Origin: a virus | Taxonomy: Duplodnaviria > Caudoviricetes | IMG/VR virus record: IMGVR_UViG_3300006752_000028 | Coordinates: 1-62,833 of that record | Length of the DNA stretch: 62,833 nucleotides | Reading direction: 5' to 3' (one strand) | Shown: positions 43,302-53,900 of the stretch, in pieces | Layout of the letters: the number at the start of each line of letters is the position of its first letter | Position numbering within the stretch: position 1 is the stretch's first letter | Made by a program: the position numbers and the translations under genes | The notes under the pieces: model-generated | What the model saw: the letters and a program-made list of their open reading frames with translations, nothing else | What the model was told of the DNA's origin: nothing | Databases searched by the model: none

Positions 43302-45059
43302 TTATCCATTAAAAGTTGCTCCAGTTGGCTCAACTGTAAAGTCAAGTACTATAAATTCTGCAGTTTTTGCTGGCTGAATGAATATTTGACCTACTAATTG
43401 ATTTCTGTCTACAACATCTGCTGTATTGTTTGTATCATCCATTACTACTCTAAAAGTGTAAAGACCTTGTCTTTGTACTACTGATTCTAAGTATGGATTT
43501 ACTATAGATAAAAATCTGTTTCTAGTTGCTACTGTATTTTGTTCAAATACTAAGTTTCTAGCTTGATCTCCTAAGAACTTCTTAAGCTCGATTAATAATC
43601 TTCTTACGTTTACTCTATCTAAAGCTGATGCTTTAGTCTGTAAAGTCTTTTGACCAAATACTGCAATACCTTGTCCAGGGAAAGTAGCGATTGGATTAAC
43701 TTTACCATCATACAATAAGTCTCTTTGACCTCTTGTTAATTTTTGTTCTGCTTGAATTACTCCAACGATTCCTCCTCTTACTAATCCAGCTGGTGCGAAC
43801 CAAGGTGCTGAACTATTATCTGTAAATGCATATACTCCTGGTATAACACAAGAAGCAGGGACATATACGTTTCTTCCCGTAGCAGATACAACTTGTACCC
43901 ATGGCCAATAAGAAGAAGCATAAGAACTATTTAATCCTGTTGCTGTTGATGTAATGTTGCTTACAGTTGAACCATAAGACTCTAGATCTATTACTGCGAT
44001 ACAGTCTCCTCTAGATTCTGCTAAAGTAACTACACTATTTAATGCTCCTGCTTGATCAGCATGTTTGTAAATTAAACCTGGTGCAGATAGTATATTAAAT
44101 ATGTATTCGTCTTTATTATCTAGTATTGATATAGCATCTGTATAGTTACCAGATGTTAAACCTTGAGTGTTTGTATTTGATATAGATCCAAAGTAGTTAG
44201 CGTTAGCTACAGCATTGATTCCATTTGCATTGTAGAATGATCCAGATTCTTCAATCGGTAAAGATCCTGAATAAGAAGCTCCAGCTCCATCTACTCCTAC
44301 TGATACACCATCGTTTTGTAAGTAGTCAACTGTTGCTGAATTTACTGCCGAAATGTATATGTAGTTAGACTTGTTAACATAATCTCCTTGAGTCTTAACA
44401 TATGTTTTAGTCCCGTCTGTTGCTTTAGTTTTAAACTGAGTACCAATTGCGCTTTCAATGTAGTTAGAAGAATTAGGATCTAAACTTAAATTATTAAAAG
44501 TCTCTAATACTACTTTATTACTGTGACTGTCATCACCTCTTCTTATTAAAAGAGAGAATGTACCTTTTTTAGCATCGACGTTTTGTATTTGCCATCTGAT
44601 GTTATCAACTGAACCAGCTACTAATGCTCCTCCAGATCCTGCAATTTCTGCTCCTGGGTTAGTTAGTGAAACTGAGTTGTTAAAGATAGCTCCTTTTCCT
44701 AATGTTTTAATTTCAAAAGGTTGAACACTACCGTTAAGTGATGATGAAACGTGAGTTGAAGATGCTTGAGTAAAAGATCCAGTTACTACTCTTGTCATCA
44801 ATACAGAATTACCTCCTTGTTGGAAGTAGTTTTTAACCGCTATAGAAGTTAAATATTCTTGCTTTGTTGATGCTGATACAAAAGTTTCTCCGAAATTACG
44901 TACATACTGATTGTATGATGTAACGATGGTTGGTTCTTCTACTGGTCCTTTAACTGAAGGCCCGATGATTGCAGCGCCAGCTTCTACTGGAGCAGGCTGG
45001 ATAAAAGAAATATCGTTTTCTCTTGCAAATACACCCGGTGAGATGATTGATTCTGCCAT
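43302..45059 (-). CDS. Tail sheath protein (gp18-like)
   Basis: SPGVFAREND, PWFAPAGLVRG, GQKTLQ, LDRVNVRRL, IQPAKTAEFI. Confidence 0.97.
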   Translation of the reverse strand: MAESIISPGVFARENDISFIQPAPVEAGAAIIGPSVKGPVEEPTIVTSYNQYVRNFGETFVSASTKQEYLTSIAVKNYFQQGGNSVLMTRVVTGSFTQASSTHVSSSLNGSVQPFEIKTLGKGAIFNNSVSLTNPGAEIAGSGGALVAGSVDNIRWQIQNVDAKKGTFSLLIRRGDDSHSNKVVLETFNNLSLDPNSSNYIESAIGTQFKTKATDGTKTYVKTQGDYVNKSNYIYISAVNSATVDYLQNDGVSVGVDGAGASYSGSLPIEESGSFYNANGINAVANANYFGSISNTNTQGLTSGNYTDAISILDNKDEYIFNILSAPGLIYKHADQAGALNSVVTLAESRGDCIAVIDLESYGSTVSNITSTATGLNSSYASSYWPWVQVVSATGRNVYVPASCVIPGVYAFTDNSSAPWFAPAGLVRGGIVGVIQAEQKLTRGQRDLLYDGKVNPIATFPGQGIAVFGQKTLQTKASALDRVNVRRLLIELKKFLGDQARNLVFEQNTVATRNRFLSIVNPYLESVVQRQGLYTFRVVMDDTNNTADVVDRNQLVGQIFIQPAKTAEFIVLDFTVEPTGATFNG

Positions 45060-45149
45060 GTTTGGTCTATTTTATTTTAATTTATTATAAATATCATTCA
45101 GGAATGTAAAACAGAACTAATGTTTTAACTATATCTGTCTATAATAAAT

Positions 45150-45177
45150 AGGAAAGGAGGATGTAAAACCCTCCTTA
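45150..45177 (-). terminator. Probable terminator hairpin
   Basis: AAGGAGG-GTTTTACAT-CCTCCTT followed by TCCTATTT. Confidence 0.55.
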
Positions 45178-45200
45178 ACTATAAGTATGTAAAAGATTCT

Positions 45201-45497
45201 TTATTTTTCCTCTACAAGCTCTGGTTCTTCAACACCTTTTTCTTCTTTAGGTGCAGGAATAAACTCGCCGTTCTTCAAGTCAATTGAACCAGCGCCGTAA
45301 GATGCTTCTAAAGCGTCTACTAACTCTTTTTCTGATTCTCTTAATTCAGCTAAAAATGATTTTGCTCCTTCTTTTCTCTCTGAGATATTGATTTCTGCTA
45401 GAGAAATACCTCCTAGTTCATTTACCAAAGCAGCATTCTTTTGCTGTAGTTCTTGTAACTTGTCAAGCTCTTCTTGAGTTAACTTTTGATTTGCCAT
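45201..45497 (-). CDS. Coiled-coil hypothetical protein
   Basis: Own promoter at 45534-45562; YGAGSIDLKNGEF tail. Confidence 0.75.
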   Translation of the reverse strand: MANQKLTQEELDKLQELQQKNAALVNELGGISLAEINISERKEGAKSFLAELRESEKELVDALEASYGAGSIDLKNGEFIPAPKEEKGVEEPELVEEK

Positions 45498-45533
45498 AAT
45501 TTAATTTTTAATTAATCGATTTATTATAATAGT

Positions 45534-45562
45534 AATATAAGAATAAATATCTTATAAAACAA
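45534..45562 (-). promoter_or_regulatory. Promoter TTG-N20-TATATT
   Basis: Consensus motif. Confidence 0.7.
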
Positions 45563-45575
45563 CTTTTATTTAAAT

Positions 45576-45938
45576 TTATTCTCCTGGTGTAGCTAAATAC
45601 TTTACTACAGATGTAGGGTTTCTCTGTAAGTTAAGAGAAGCTGATACTGCATTTTTTAACTGCTGTACAGAACCTGAATTTGCAGATTCCATTTCTGATG
45701 TTATCCATGCAGATACTACTGCATTATCTAGAGCATCAAAAGAATCAAATGAAGATAAATCCTCTGTTGATACTGCTTGAGTTCCAATTATAGAAGCTGA
45801 TTCACTTCCTGTGCTAACTGTTAAAGTATAATGTACGTTATACACTACATCGTTTTCGGTGTTTACCGGGTCTTGAGAATCTGAAGCTGTTGGGTAAGTG
45901 TCTAATGCTCCAACATGCCAAGAATAAGATAATGCCAT
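45576..45938 (-). CDS. Hypothetical protein (tail-fibre-associated type)
   Basis: YSW.V..LD..P...DVVYNVHY motif; late-type motif upstream. Confidence 0.7.
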   Translation of the reverse strand: MALSYSWHVGALDTYPTASDSQDPVNTENDVVYNVHYTLTVSTGSESASIIGTQAVSTEDLSSFDSFDALDNAVVSAWITSEMESANSGSVQQLKNAVSASLNLQRNPTSVVKYLATPGE

Positions 45939-46008
45939 AATTTTTGTTTTTTACTAATTAGTTTTTGTTTGTATATATATTAAATAAATAGCTGCTATAT
46001 TGCTAAAT

Positions 46009-46716
46009 CTATATTTGTATATTAAAGTTGATAACAGCTCTGTGAGTTTTACCGTAAAAAGGTTCAACTGAATGTATAATATCATAAGGCCATATTATAA
46101 GCATACCTTTTTTAGGTCTAATGTAATGTTTCATACCTCTTACATGAAAGGCAAAAACTCCACTATAAGGGTGATCCTTAATTGGGTCACCGTCAGATAA
46201 GTAGTACCCTCCGGAAAACATTATTGGCTTTGCTTCATTATGATGCCACCTACAGTGATTATGAGCATTGTGTCCTCTACCTGAGGTTGGTTCATAGTAC
46301 TGTAACCAGCTTTCTGTAATTTCTGGTTTATTGTTATTTTCAATTTCCAATAAGTCTAGCATTTTACAGAAACTGCCTTTTATCCGTCTCTTTATAACTT
46401 CTACATTATAATCTTTAGTTTCTAAAAAATCATTTGGAGGAGTATAAAACCTACTACCAATTGGTTGAAGTTTATGTTCTTCCACCCATTCTTCTTGTCT
46501 ATCGTAATTAACGTTGTAGCTATTCTGTCTTTGGGTATCAAATTGACCTGGTAGTTCTTGTCCCATTTTTTTTTGTTGTGGGTTGAGAATATTTAGTCCA
46601 AGAGTATACACTTCATCTGCTATAGTATCATCAAATATTCGTTTATATATTGGAATAGGGGCAAGATGATATAAATGTTCTTGAGTAGTTTTTATTAGTG
46701 GTTTTTTGAAATTCAT
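46009..46716 (-). CDS. 2OG-Fe(II) oxygenase superfamily protein
   Basis: SWLQYY, HNH, SGGYYL, WPYDIIHSVEP, RAVINFN. Confidence 0.85.
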   Translation of the reverse strand: MNFKKPLIKTTQEHLYHLAPIPIYKRIFDDTIADEVYTLGLNILNPQQKKMGQELPGQFDTQRQNSYNVNYDRQEEWVEEHKLQPIGSRFYTPPNDFLETKDYNVEVIKRRIKGSFCKMLDLLEIENNNKPEITESWLQYYEPTSGRGHNAHNHCRWHHNEAKPIMFSGGYYLSDGDPIKDHPYSGVFAFHVRGMKHYIRPKKGMLIIWPYDIIHSVEPFYGKTHRAVINFNIQI

Positions 46717-46719
46717 ATA

Positions 46720-47745
46720 TTATTTTAAATATCCATTATGAAAAGGTACATAGAAATCTACCTTATAATTTTTAGTTTTAGCATATGCTTCGGCTTCTAA
46801 CTGTGCCTCCCAAAATATTCGCCAGTTAGTGCTATTGCAAAGTTTACTGTTATCTATCTTTAAATCTGATAGATATTTCATAGTTAAAGTGAATTGGGTA
46901 CTGTTTGACCCAACTTCTATTCCTAAATCTATCATTTCTTTTAATTCGTGTACATTATATAAATTAATATTATTAGTAATATAGGATTTGTCGTATATAC
47001 CTTCTCTTTTTTTTACTTTTTTAAAATAAGAAGTTAAATTCTTTTTTATTTTATTAAAATAATCTAACTTTCTTATAACCTTATACGTATCAGATGTTCC
47101 TGCATCTATTGAAAATCCTAAATGTACGTTTTTAACTGTATCCAAAAATCTTTCCTGTATCCTTTCAGTAAATATAGTTCCGTTGCAAAAAGTCCAGAAT
47201 AAGATATTGTCTCTATATTTTATGAAATCAAGTTTTTCGAATACATCAAAAATCCTGTCTTTATAAAACGGTTCTGCTATTCCTAAGACGGAAAGATTTC
47301 TAACCTCTGGCATTGCTATTTTTACCTCATTTAAAATATCATCTAGTATATCAGGTCCTACATTCTCCATAAACTGTTTACTGCTTCTAGGGCACATAAT
47401 ACAGGCAGTGTCCGGTGTAGGTTTTATACCTCCTATATTACAAAAAGTAGAGGGTATGTTCAACTCTATATCAACTGGATACTTAGTTAGGTGTACTTCT
47501 TTTTTGGGTAGTTTATTAAGACTGTAAAATCTGAATGGACATTTATTATTGTTACAGTATTTTCTATCCAAAGTACCTTTAAGGGTTGAATTTTTAACTC
47601 CTCTCAGTTCAGGATTTTTCCAAGCCTTCTCTATACCGTCTTTTAATATATTACCGTACATAGAAGATTGAAAGCAGCAGGAATGGTAACTCCCGTCTTC
47701 GTTAATTTTTAATCTAGTAAAAGGTAAATCACAAAATGCTTTCAT
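46720..47745 (-). CDS. Radical SAM protein with N-terminal SPASM/twitch domain
   Basis: C.LPF..L.I..DG....CC; CX12CX2C; AEPF, NGT, FSIDAG...Y..IR. Confidence 0.8.
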   Translation of the reverse strand: MKAFCDLPFTRLKINEDGSYHSCCFQSSMYGNILKDGIEKAWKNPELRGVKNSTLKGTLDRKYCNNNKCPFRFYSLNKLPKKEVHLTKYPVDIELNIPSTFCNIGGIKPTPDTACIMCPRSSKQFMENVGPDILDDILNEVKIAMPEVRNLSVLGIAEPFYKDRIFDVFEKLDFIKYRDNILFWTFCNGTIFTERIQERFLDTVKNVHLGFSIDAGTSDTYKVIRKLDYFNKIKKNLTSYFKKVKKREGIYDKSYITNNINLYNVHELKEMIDLGIEVGSNSTQFTLTMKYLSDLKIDNSKLCNSTNWRIFWEAQLEAEAYAKTKNYKVDFYVPFHNGYLK

Positions 47746-48515
47746 TATATATGTTTAAAATATAAATTCATATCAAGCTCTTCATTAATAAACTTATTTA
47801 GTTTTCTTTGTATTTTACTAATCTTAAAGTAGTGATCAGTTCTATCGTCACTTACTCCTTGAACATATACTGGTTGAAATTTATTAATATATTCTTTTAA
47901 ACTACAGTTGGAATATATTAGCATAGCATGTTCTTCTATACATCCTTCGATTTTATTTTTTATAGTTATATCTATTAAATCTCTTCCTAAGTTTCTATTT
48001 GATGTATACAAACAACCAAAATTAGGTGTTGCTAATCCTTCTTTAAACTCCCAATTATATTTTTTAAATTCTCTTTCAAGGACTTTAAAGTATTCTAAGT
48101 TATAATTTAAAATTAATCTTCCTTCAAAAGTTTCCTTAAATGATTCTACTGTGTCTTTATGTTGAGCATATAAAGGGCAGAGTGTCTCATTTTTATTTAA
48201 TAGATTATAAAAGTTCTTATCTAATGGTCTTAAAGCGTAACAATCCCAATCCAACATAATGACTTTTTCAAACTTCTTCAAAGCTAAGTCTAATGCTACT
48301 AATTTTTTACCGTATTGGGTATTGTATGTTTCAAAATAGGGGTGTGAGTCCTTAACTAAGAATGTGTTAAATCCTCTTTCTTTTAGAAAGTTTTCGTTCT
48401 CCTTACCCCAAACGTATACCAAGTGATTACTCATTACCGGGAATCTTGGAATTTCAGCTTTAGTTTCATTCCTTTCCCCCCAGTATGTTCTAATTATAGG
48501 TATTGTTGTATTCAT
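47745..48515 (-). CDS. Putative nucleotide-sugar transferase (GT-A-like)
   Basis: VIMLDWD DxD motif, PNFG, final KHI; cluster context. Confidence 0.55.
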   Translation of the reverse strand: MNTTIPIIRTYWGERNETKAEIPRFPVMSNHLVYVWGKENENFLKERGFNTFLVKDSHPYFETYNTQYGKKLVALDLALKKFEKVIMLDWDCYALRPLDKNFYNLLNKNETLCPLYAQHKDTVESFKETFEGRLILNYNLEYFKVLEREFKKYNWEFKEGLATPNFGCLYTSNRNLGRDLIDITIKNKIEGCIEEHAMLIYSNCSLKEYINKFQPVYVQGVSDDRTDHYFKISKIQRKLNKFINEELDMNLYFKHI

Positions 48516-49482
48516 CCCAATATTTTTTAAATCTTGAATGTTGTAAATACTTACCTAATCCAAGCTCAATACATTCTCTAAAGTACCTTTTTGTTTCTTT
48601 TGCTAGAAACTCAGGAAACATGTTAAAATGTATTTTATTAAACCATACATGTTCCCATACTAAATCAGTATCTTTTTTATCTGATGCACCAAGCGGTAAG
48701 TACCATTGTTCTGATTTACCTTTATATCTATCTTTACGGTCTGAGTAATTACTATTAGCTAAAAACACCCTATCTGTTAACGTATTAGCTTTATAATCTC
48801 CTTCTCTAATAACATGTCCTAATATGCCTTGATCAGTAAGTAACCAAAACCATTCAGGTACATAGTCACCATTTGTTGCAACTAACTTTTTATGCCAATT
48901 AGAGTATTCAGATTTTAATTTCATATTATTTACTGCTAAAAAAGAAGTATTCGGACAAAGGTCGTTACAGTTATAATTGTCTGGGAATTCAATATGTTTT
49001 ATATCTTTTTCCCAATCTTCTTTTTCAAAGTAGTAATACCCTCTGGGTATTTCCCAATGAGTTACTGTTAAATCTCCTTCCAGTATATAATCTGGTATAG
49101 GTTGTCTGATTATCATATCTTGGTCCATGAAAATAAATGGTTCAGATTGGTTTGCTAGAACTTTTATTTTACCGCTAGTCCAAAAATAAGCCGGGTCTAT
49201 ATCAGTTTTCGAATATCCATCTAAAAACTTTATATCTACTTCATCATAAAGATCATTGATACCAAATTGCTGATAAAAGTTAAAACCTATTGAATCTGTG
49301 TAAAGTTTTATTGTACCATTGTGATGTTTCCACATCCCTGCAGATAAAATGGTGTACAGTATTTGGTATGTTGGTTGATCATAGCATTCTCCTGGTAATT
49401 CACGTGTAGATCTAAATCCATGTCCTCTTAATCTTTCTCTATGAAAAAAAGGTTTGGTCCAATTAACATGTATTCCTTTCAT
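48490..49482 (-). CDS. DUF6734-like putative glycosyltransferase
   Basis: LYTD, FWTSGKI, PFIFMDQD, DQGIL. Confidence 0.65.
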   Translation of the reverse strand: MKGIHVNWTKPFFHRERLRGHGFRSTRELPGECYDQPTYQILYTILSAGMWKHHNGTIKLYTDSIGFNFYQQFGINDLYDEVDIKFLDGYSKTDIDPAYFWTSGKIKVLANQSEPFIFMDQDMIIRQPIPDYILEGDLTVTHWEIPRGYYYFEKEDWEKDIKHIEFPDNYNCNDLCPNTSFLAVNNMKLKSEYSNWHKKLVATNGDYVPEWFWLLTDQGILGHVIREGDYKANTLTDRVFLANSNYSDRKDRYKGKSEQWYLPLGASDKKDTDLVWEHVWFNKIHFNMFPEFLAKETKRYFRECIELGLGKYLQHSRFKKYWDEYNNTYN

Positions 49483-49483
49483 A

Positions 49484-50356
49484 TTAGGTGTTTAAATGTA
49501 TATACGCCCACTTAACCGGTATTTTACTAAGATAAGGTTTATAAAAGTTAAAAACAACTTTTTCCACAGAAAAAGATGGAGCAATATTCGCATTTTGTAC
49601 AGCGTAAGGAGAGTCATCTACCTTTCGTATCTCTTCTGCGGTAGTACCTCGAAACTCTTTAGGTGTATTTGAAACCCAAAAAGAATGAAACACTCTATGT
49701 AAATCTTCTTCTTTTACATGTCCTCTGTATTGTACAAATAAAGAATGTTGCGGGGAAATTACTTCCAAACCTAAGGTTTCTAAAAATACATCTGCTGCAA
49801 AACGTAATGGAAGACCTTTATCTAATAATACCTGAGCTGATTTCCTATTTAACTGGTATGCATGCCCAGCATATTTGTCTGAAAGCATATCAGGTTTAAA
49901 TATCTCTGTTTGATCAGTTGTATTTTTTCCTAATAATTCTTCATTGGTCCTGCCCCACATAACAATATCGTAAGGTGTTCTTTTTACTTGCTCAATAAAG
50001 TTAGTTAGTCTGCCTGTAAGAATATATTCAGTCATTCTTTCGCTAAACGTAGCATCATCTTCCAGTATTAAACAGTTAGCATGTTCTGAGTTTATGAAAG
50101 CAGTATACGCTAACCTGTGGGAAAGGGCACAGCCTATAATATTTTTGGTTAGTAGTCCATTGCAGTCTATAAATATAGGGTTTAATGTACCCTCTTTTAT
50201 AAGTTCTTGTTGGCTTTTTAAATCACTTCCTGCAATACATTCTATAAACTGATAGTTGGTAATATTAAACTTATTGAAAAAGTCTAATATTTTAGCTTTC
50301 CTTTCAGTGTATGCAGGGAGATTTAATACGTAGATTATATCAACTCCGAAATCCAT
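49484..50356 (-). CDS. Glycosyltransferase family 25
   Basis: YVLNL...ERK, IGCALSH, LILEDDA, GHAYQL, AADVF. Confidence 0.9.
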   Translation of the reverse strand: MDFGVDIIYVLNLPAYTERKAKILDFFNKFNITNYQFIECIAGSDLKSQQELIKEGTLNPIFIDCNGLLTKNIIGCALSHRLAYTAFINSEHANCLILEDDATFSERMTEYILTGRLTNFIEQVKRTPYDIVMWGRTNEELLGKNTTDQTEIFKPDMLSDKYAGHAYQLNRKSAQVLLDKGLPLRFAADVFLETLGLEVISPQHSLFVQYRGHVKEEDLHRVFHSFWVSNTPKEFRGTTAEEIRKVDDSPYAVQNANIAPSFSVEKVVFNFYKPYLSKIPVKWAYIHLNT

Positions 50357-50369
50357 AACTTAATTTAAT

Positions 50370-50915
50370 TTAAACGTCTAATAAACTTGAACTAGGTACT
50401 AAATTTTGCAGTTCTCCTTTTAAATGCGTGTAACAATGCTGGTAAATATTAGTTAAGTTATCCATCTGTATACGGTTAACGTCAAGTACAGATTCACTAA
50501 TATATGTCCATTCCGAACTAGATACCCATCTAGTTTCTTCTACTTCATTTCCATCATCATCAAAATCTATATAGGTTTGACTTGAAGAAGTGAATATTTC
50601 CTCCCAATGTTCTCTAACAACTTGTTCTGTAGACCCTGTTAAAGGGAAAGAAATAAGTTCAGGTAAGTTTAAAGAACCTGTGATAGATCCAGATTCGTAT
50701 TCTAGGTTATACATTGGAACACATGCTACATTTACTAAGTCATCTTGGTAGTAGTACTTTTTAGATTTAAGAGCATCGCTTGATGATAGAAATACTACAG
50801 GGTTGTACTCTACTTCACCTAACCATGGCTTTACTTTATAAAATTCTATCCTAATGTAGGCTGTTTCTGTATTACCCCAATCTGTTTTTAATGTTCCTTT
50901 TAATTGTATTGCCAT
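50370..50915 (-). CDS. Hypothetical protein
   Basis: ORF following the S74-tailed fibre gene. Confidence 0.7.
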   Translation of the reverse strand: MAIQLKGTLKTDWGNTETAYIRIEFYKVKPWLGEVEYNPVVFLSSSDALKSKKYYYQDDLVNVACVPMYNLEYESGSITGSLNLPELISFPLTGSTEQVVREHWEEIFTSSSQTYIDFDDDGNEVEETRWVSSSEWTYISESVLDVNRIQMDNLTNIYQHCYTHLKGELQNLVPSSSLLDV

Positions 50916-50933
50916 TTTGTTTTACTTTAATAT

Positions 50934-50962
50934 AATATAAGCTAAATTTATTTATTCTCCAA
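50934..50962 (-). promoter_or_regulatory. Promoter TTG-N20-TATATT heading the GT/rSAM cluster
   Basis: Consensus motif. Confidence 0.6.
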
Positions 50963-53900
50963 CTTTTTTATTCTATCTTCTAATTTATCGATAGTTTCTT
51001 GCTGTTCTTTCATACCTTCTATTAACAAAGCAACTATTTTTTGGTAGTTTACTGCTTTGTATCCGTTTTCTCTAGTTTGAACTATTTCCGGTAAGACTCC
51101 CTCTATCTCTTGAGCTATAATACCGATATCTTTACTCCCTTTCTCGTAAGTGTCTTGTTTATCATTCCAATTAAAATAATAACCAGAGAGTTTATTAATT
51201 TTAACTAGGGGATTATTAATTTTTACTAGATTATCTTTAAATCTTTTATCAGATGAGTAGAATGCTATTACATCACCTTTTACTCTTAAATTACCAGAGT
51301 GATCTAACCACATACTAGTCTTAGAACCTACTGCATAGGAATCGGTTGTAGCAAAATACATTTTAGTACCGTAGGAACCATCTGATCTTACATATATACC
51401 TGCTTGAGCATTTGATCCATTAGCGGTATCACTAGCTCCAAATGTTATTGCATTACCAAAATGATCAGTAGCAACTCCTGGATCTAAGTGTATAGTACCA
51501 ACCGCTGTTCCTGGTTGTGTAGTATTCCAGTTAGCAGAATCTCCTGATATGTAAAGACCAGTTCCAGGTGAAGAGGTACCGATACCTACGTTACCGCCAG
51601 TAAAAGTAAAATTACCTCCTGAACCACCGTGCTGATTTGCACGAAAGGCCATTGACGCGTACGAATTTAAATAAGCAGTAGAAGCGTTATCGTATACTGA
51701 AAAAGTAGGACCTGAATTTCCAGTTCTTTTACCTTGTAAGAAGTATAAATCATTTGATGTTCCTTCTACACTTATTCCTGCTCCTGCATTTATAAATAAT
51801 TCCCCTGATAAAGAATATGTTGATCCAGCAGAAAGTGGTAAATAAGGCCCTTGTGATCCTCCACCACTATCTGATTTAGGTAATTTAATCAATACCCACA
51901 CAGCAGAACTAAAGTCTTGTCCACCTTGCATATTGTTTGTTTCAGTAGGATATTCATCAAAAAATCCATTTATTCCATCATCATTACCAAAACCTGCATG
52001 TTCAAAACTATCTTGTCCACTATAAGTTCTTGTAGCAGATACAGTAATCTTAGCATCTGCAGCACCCTCCCAATTGAAAGCGTTTGCAGTAGCTGTTGTA
52101 TATGCCGATGATGGATTTGTAACATTACCATCAGACATACCTACTGAGGTTTGCGATGGGTTAATCCATCTTCCGAATCCATCGTAACTACCATTTATAT
52201 TCCATCCAAATTTATTATTACCCGAATGATTAGGTCCAACTGATGCCATTCCGCTATCAGCCCCTCCAGAAAAGAAATGTTTCCATAGTCTACCTGCTGG
52301 TACTCCGTATATAAAATCTATAGTTCGTGTATCCCTCCATTTAGTAAAGTCTGTTGCACCCATAATTCTAACCTCTGTAGGATAGCTATTCCCAAAATCT
52401 GCAGAGAACTGTGTGGTTTCACTTTGGGATGTAGACGTACTTAATCCGGATACAGAACTCCAAGTACCCTGTATTTCATTCATAGCATTACTAGCGAATC
52501 TACCGACTAAAACCCATTCACCGTAATTATCTGTAATTACTCTACATTTTTGTAATCCTCCGTTAGGAGTTTTTATTAATCTAATTTCTGAAGTGTATTT
52601 ACCAAAGTTAGTTGGTGTTGCCGAAGTAGATAATTCTTGAGATGGTGCAGATGAATTTCTACCAAAATAAGCATTACCATTTGCCAATACTCTAAATCCA
52701 GCATTATTGCTGCCTCCAAAAATAGAAGAAACTCTCAACACTTGTTGGGTGCCGCTTGAATTAGTTTCTATATGTGCTCCAATACCTGAAGTGCTGGTAT
52801 TGTAGAAGTACCCCATCCATTGAGAAGAGTTTTGACTAACTTGAAGTAACCCATCTGCAGGGTTAGTAACTCCTATACCAACATTTCCTTCTGATGATAT
52901 TGTCATTCTAGTAGCGAATGAACTATCTTGAGTTTGAAACTGTAAGGAACCTTTATTATCAGCGTTATCTCTATATCCTGCAACTGTAGCAAAAGTATCA
53001 CCGTTATTACTAAAGATCATTTCTCCAACAGGACCATCTGTTCCGTTTGTCCTTTTTCCGTCTAATTCTAACGTAGCAGTTGAGGTATCTGTATCATGAT
53101 TTTCGATTGATAGTTGGAAAGAAGGATCAGTTGTACCTATACCTACCTTACCGTCTCTATCTATTCTAACTTTTTCTGTTGGTGCGCTACCTCCTGTTTG
53201 TGTCATAAAGGTTAAAGCTGAACCTCCGTTACCGTTAGCTAACTGATGCACAGAATTTATTCTTGTTTCAACAAAATCAGTATTTGCTCCTGACCAGTAT
53301 CTACCGTTCATTACAATAGAGTTTTGTACATCTCCAGCATCGGTTAAAGCTCCATCACGATTTCTTAGACGTAAAATTGTACCTCCTGAATCAGATCTTA
53401 ATTCGACTAAATTAGCAGGACTAGTAGTACCTATACCTACCTTACCTGATTGTAAGATAGATAATGGTGTTTTTATATCTGTATCTGCATGAAATTTAAA
53501 ATCGATTCTTTTAGGGACACTATTACCTCCGTTTACTCCTATTATTTCAGAGTACCTAGGGTTAGAGCTACCAGGATTGAATAAATTATAACCTTGGAAC
53601 CTTATTGATGAACCTGAATTATCTGCGTCGGCATATTGGTGATTAGTTAATACTAAAAGATCACTAATTCCTGATGCAGTACCTTTACTTATGTTTAATT
53701 TACCATCAGGTTCGTCTGTACCTATTCCGATTTCTCCTTGATTAAATACTAATACATCTGAATAAACAGTACCTGCATTTTTTTGATCGAATACATACCT
53801 AACATTACCAGAGGTTACTGTTTCTGATAATTGTAAGTTATAATTATTGGCGCCGGGGTGATCATAACTCCATTGTTGGTATACACTTGATGCTTCGTTT

